From NCBI RefSeq assembly GCF_004010195.1, contig NC_057711.1:79932833-79952832 (forward strand): 20,000 nucleotides of DNA. The letters run 5' to 3'. The notes under the pieces are model-generated. The model ran no database searches. It had not been told where the DNA came from and saw only the letters and a program-made list of their open reading frames with translations. The translations under genes were made by a program, and so were the position numbers. How positions within the stretch are numbered: position 1 is the stretch's first letter; the number at the start of each line of letters is the position of its first letter. The DNA is from Chiloscyllium plagiosum. Its lineage: Eukaryota. Shown in pieces: positions 19,461 through 20,000 of the stretch.

Positions 19461-20000
19461 CTTCAAAGTTTGTGCGAAGATTTGTAGCTCGGGTGCTCGT
19501 TGCTGTGGTTCTGTTCGCCGAGCTGGAAGTTTTTGTTGCAAACGTTTCGTCCCCTGGCTAGGCGACATCATCAGTGCTTGGGAGCCTCCTGCGAAGCGCT
19601 TCTTTGATGTTTCCTCCGGTGTTTATAGTGGTCTGTCCCTGCCGCTTCCAGTTGTCAGTTTCAGCTGTCCGCTGTAGTGGTTGGTATATTGGGTCCAGGT
19701 CGATGTGTTTGTTGGGGTGGTTACTTTCATAGTTTAGGACTTGGTCTGTGTGTGTGGCTTTCCTGTATACCCTTGTAGTGAATTCTCCGTTCGGTGTTCT
19801 CTGTACCATCACGTCTAGGAACTTCAACAACCAGATATACGAACAAATCAACGAAACACCCATGAGATCACCAATCTCGGGACTCATAGCAGAGGCAGTT
19901 ATACAAAGGTTAGAACAAACAGTCCTACCACAAATTCAACCCAAACTCTGGGTCAGATATGTCGATGACACGTTTGTAATCATTAAAAACACGGAAATAG
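19461..20000. mobile_element. Rearranged Penelope/Poseidon-type PLE, related to 3676-4529, continuing past the window
   Basis: 19461-19710 is a minus-strand tail/pLTR/EN end. 19711-19821 on minus reads FLDVMV...VYRKATHTDQVLNYESNHP. 19823-20000 on plus is an open frame FNNQIYEQINETPMRSPISGLIAEAV...WVRYVDDTFVII (YVDD at 19958-19969). Confidence 0.92.
19538..19577 (-). ncRNA. Minimal type I hammerhead ribozyme motif, best-preserved copy
   Basis: Minus strand: GCA-CTGATGA-T-GTCGCCT-AGCC-AGGGGAC-GAAAC-GTT-TGC; intact core, stem I GCA/TGC, palindromic AAACGTTT in place of a looped stem III. Confidence 0.78.

Noticed and set aside
1..20000. CRISPR array or prokaryotic operon/defence system
   Set aside because: No regularly spaced direct repeats and no gene-dense ORFs; the content is vertebrate interspersed repeats.

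Overview
Repeat-dense vertebrate genomic DNA. The repeat families (HE1-type V-SINEs, HER1/CR1 LINEs, Penelope-like elements) point to a cartilaginous fish, probably a shark; this is inferred from family recognition, not a database search. No host protein-coding gene is recognised, and nearly all ORFs in the track are transposon remnants or antisense shadows. The main theme is a dense cluster of Penelope-like element (PLE) insertions carrying minimal hammerhead ribozyme motifs (CTGANGA-N-stemII-GAAA-NUH). Five are bounded by 10-16 bp target-site duplications (TSDs). They range from an 88-bp solo ribozyme cassette, through ~185-bp non-coding hairpins, to a 795-bp near-perfect palindrome of a GIY-YIG endonuclease 3' end; a sixth, rearranged copy with an RT YVDD motif runs off the right edge. 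The window also holds a 620-bp solo LTR with a 4-bp TSD, a TA-flanked pogo/Tigger-like MITE nested in a SINE, several CR1 fragments, a decayed PIF/Harbinger transposase and an unidentified candidate exon near 13 kb.
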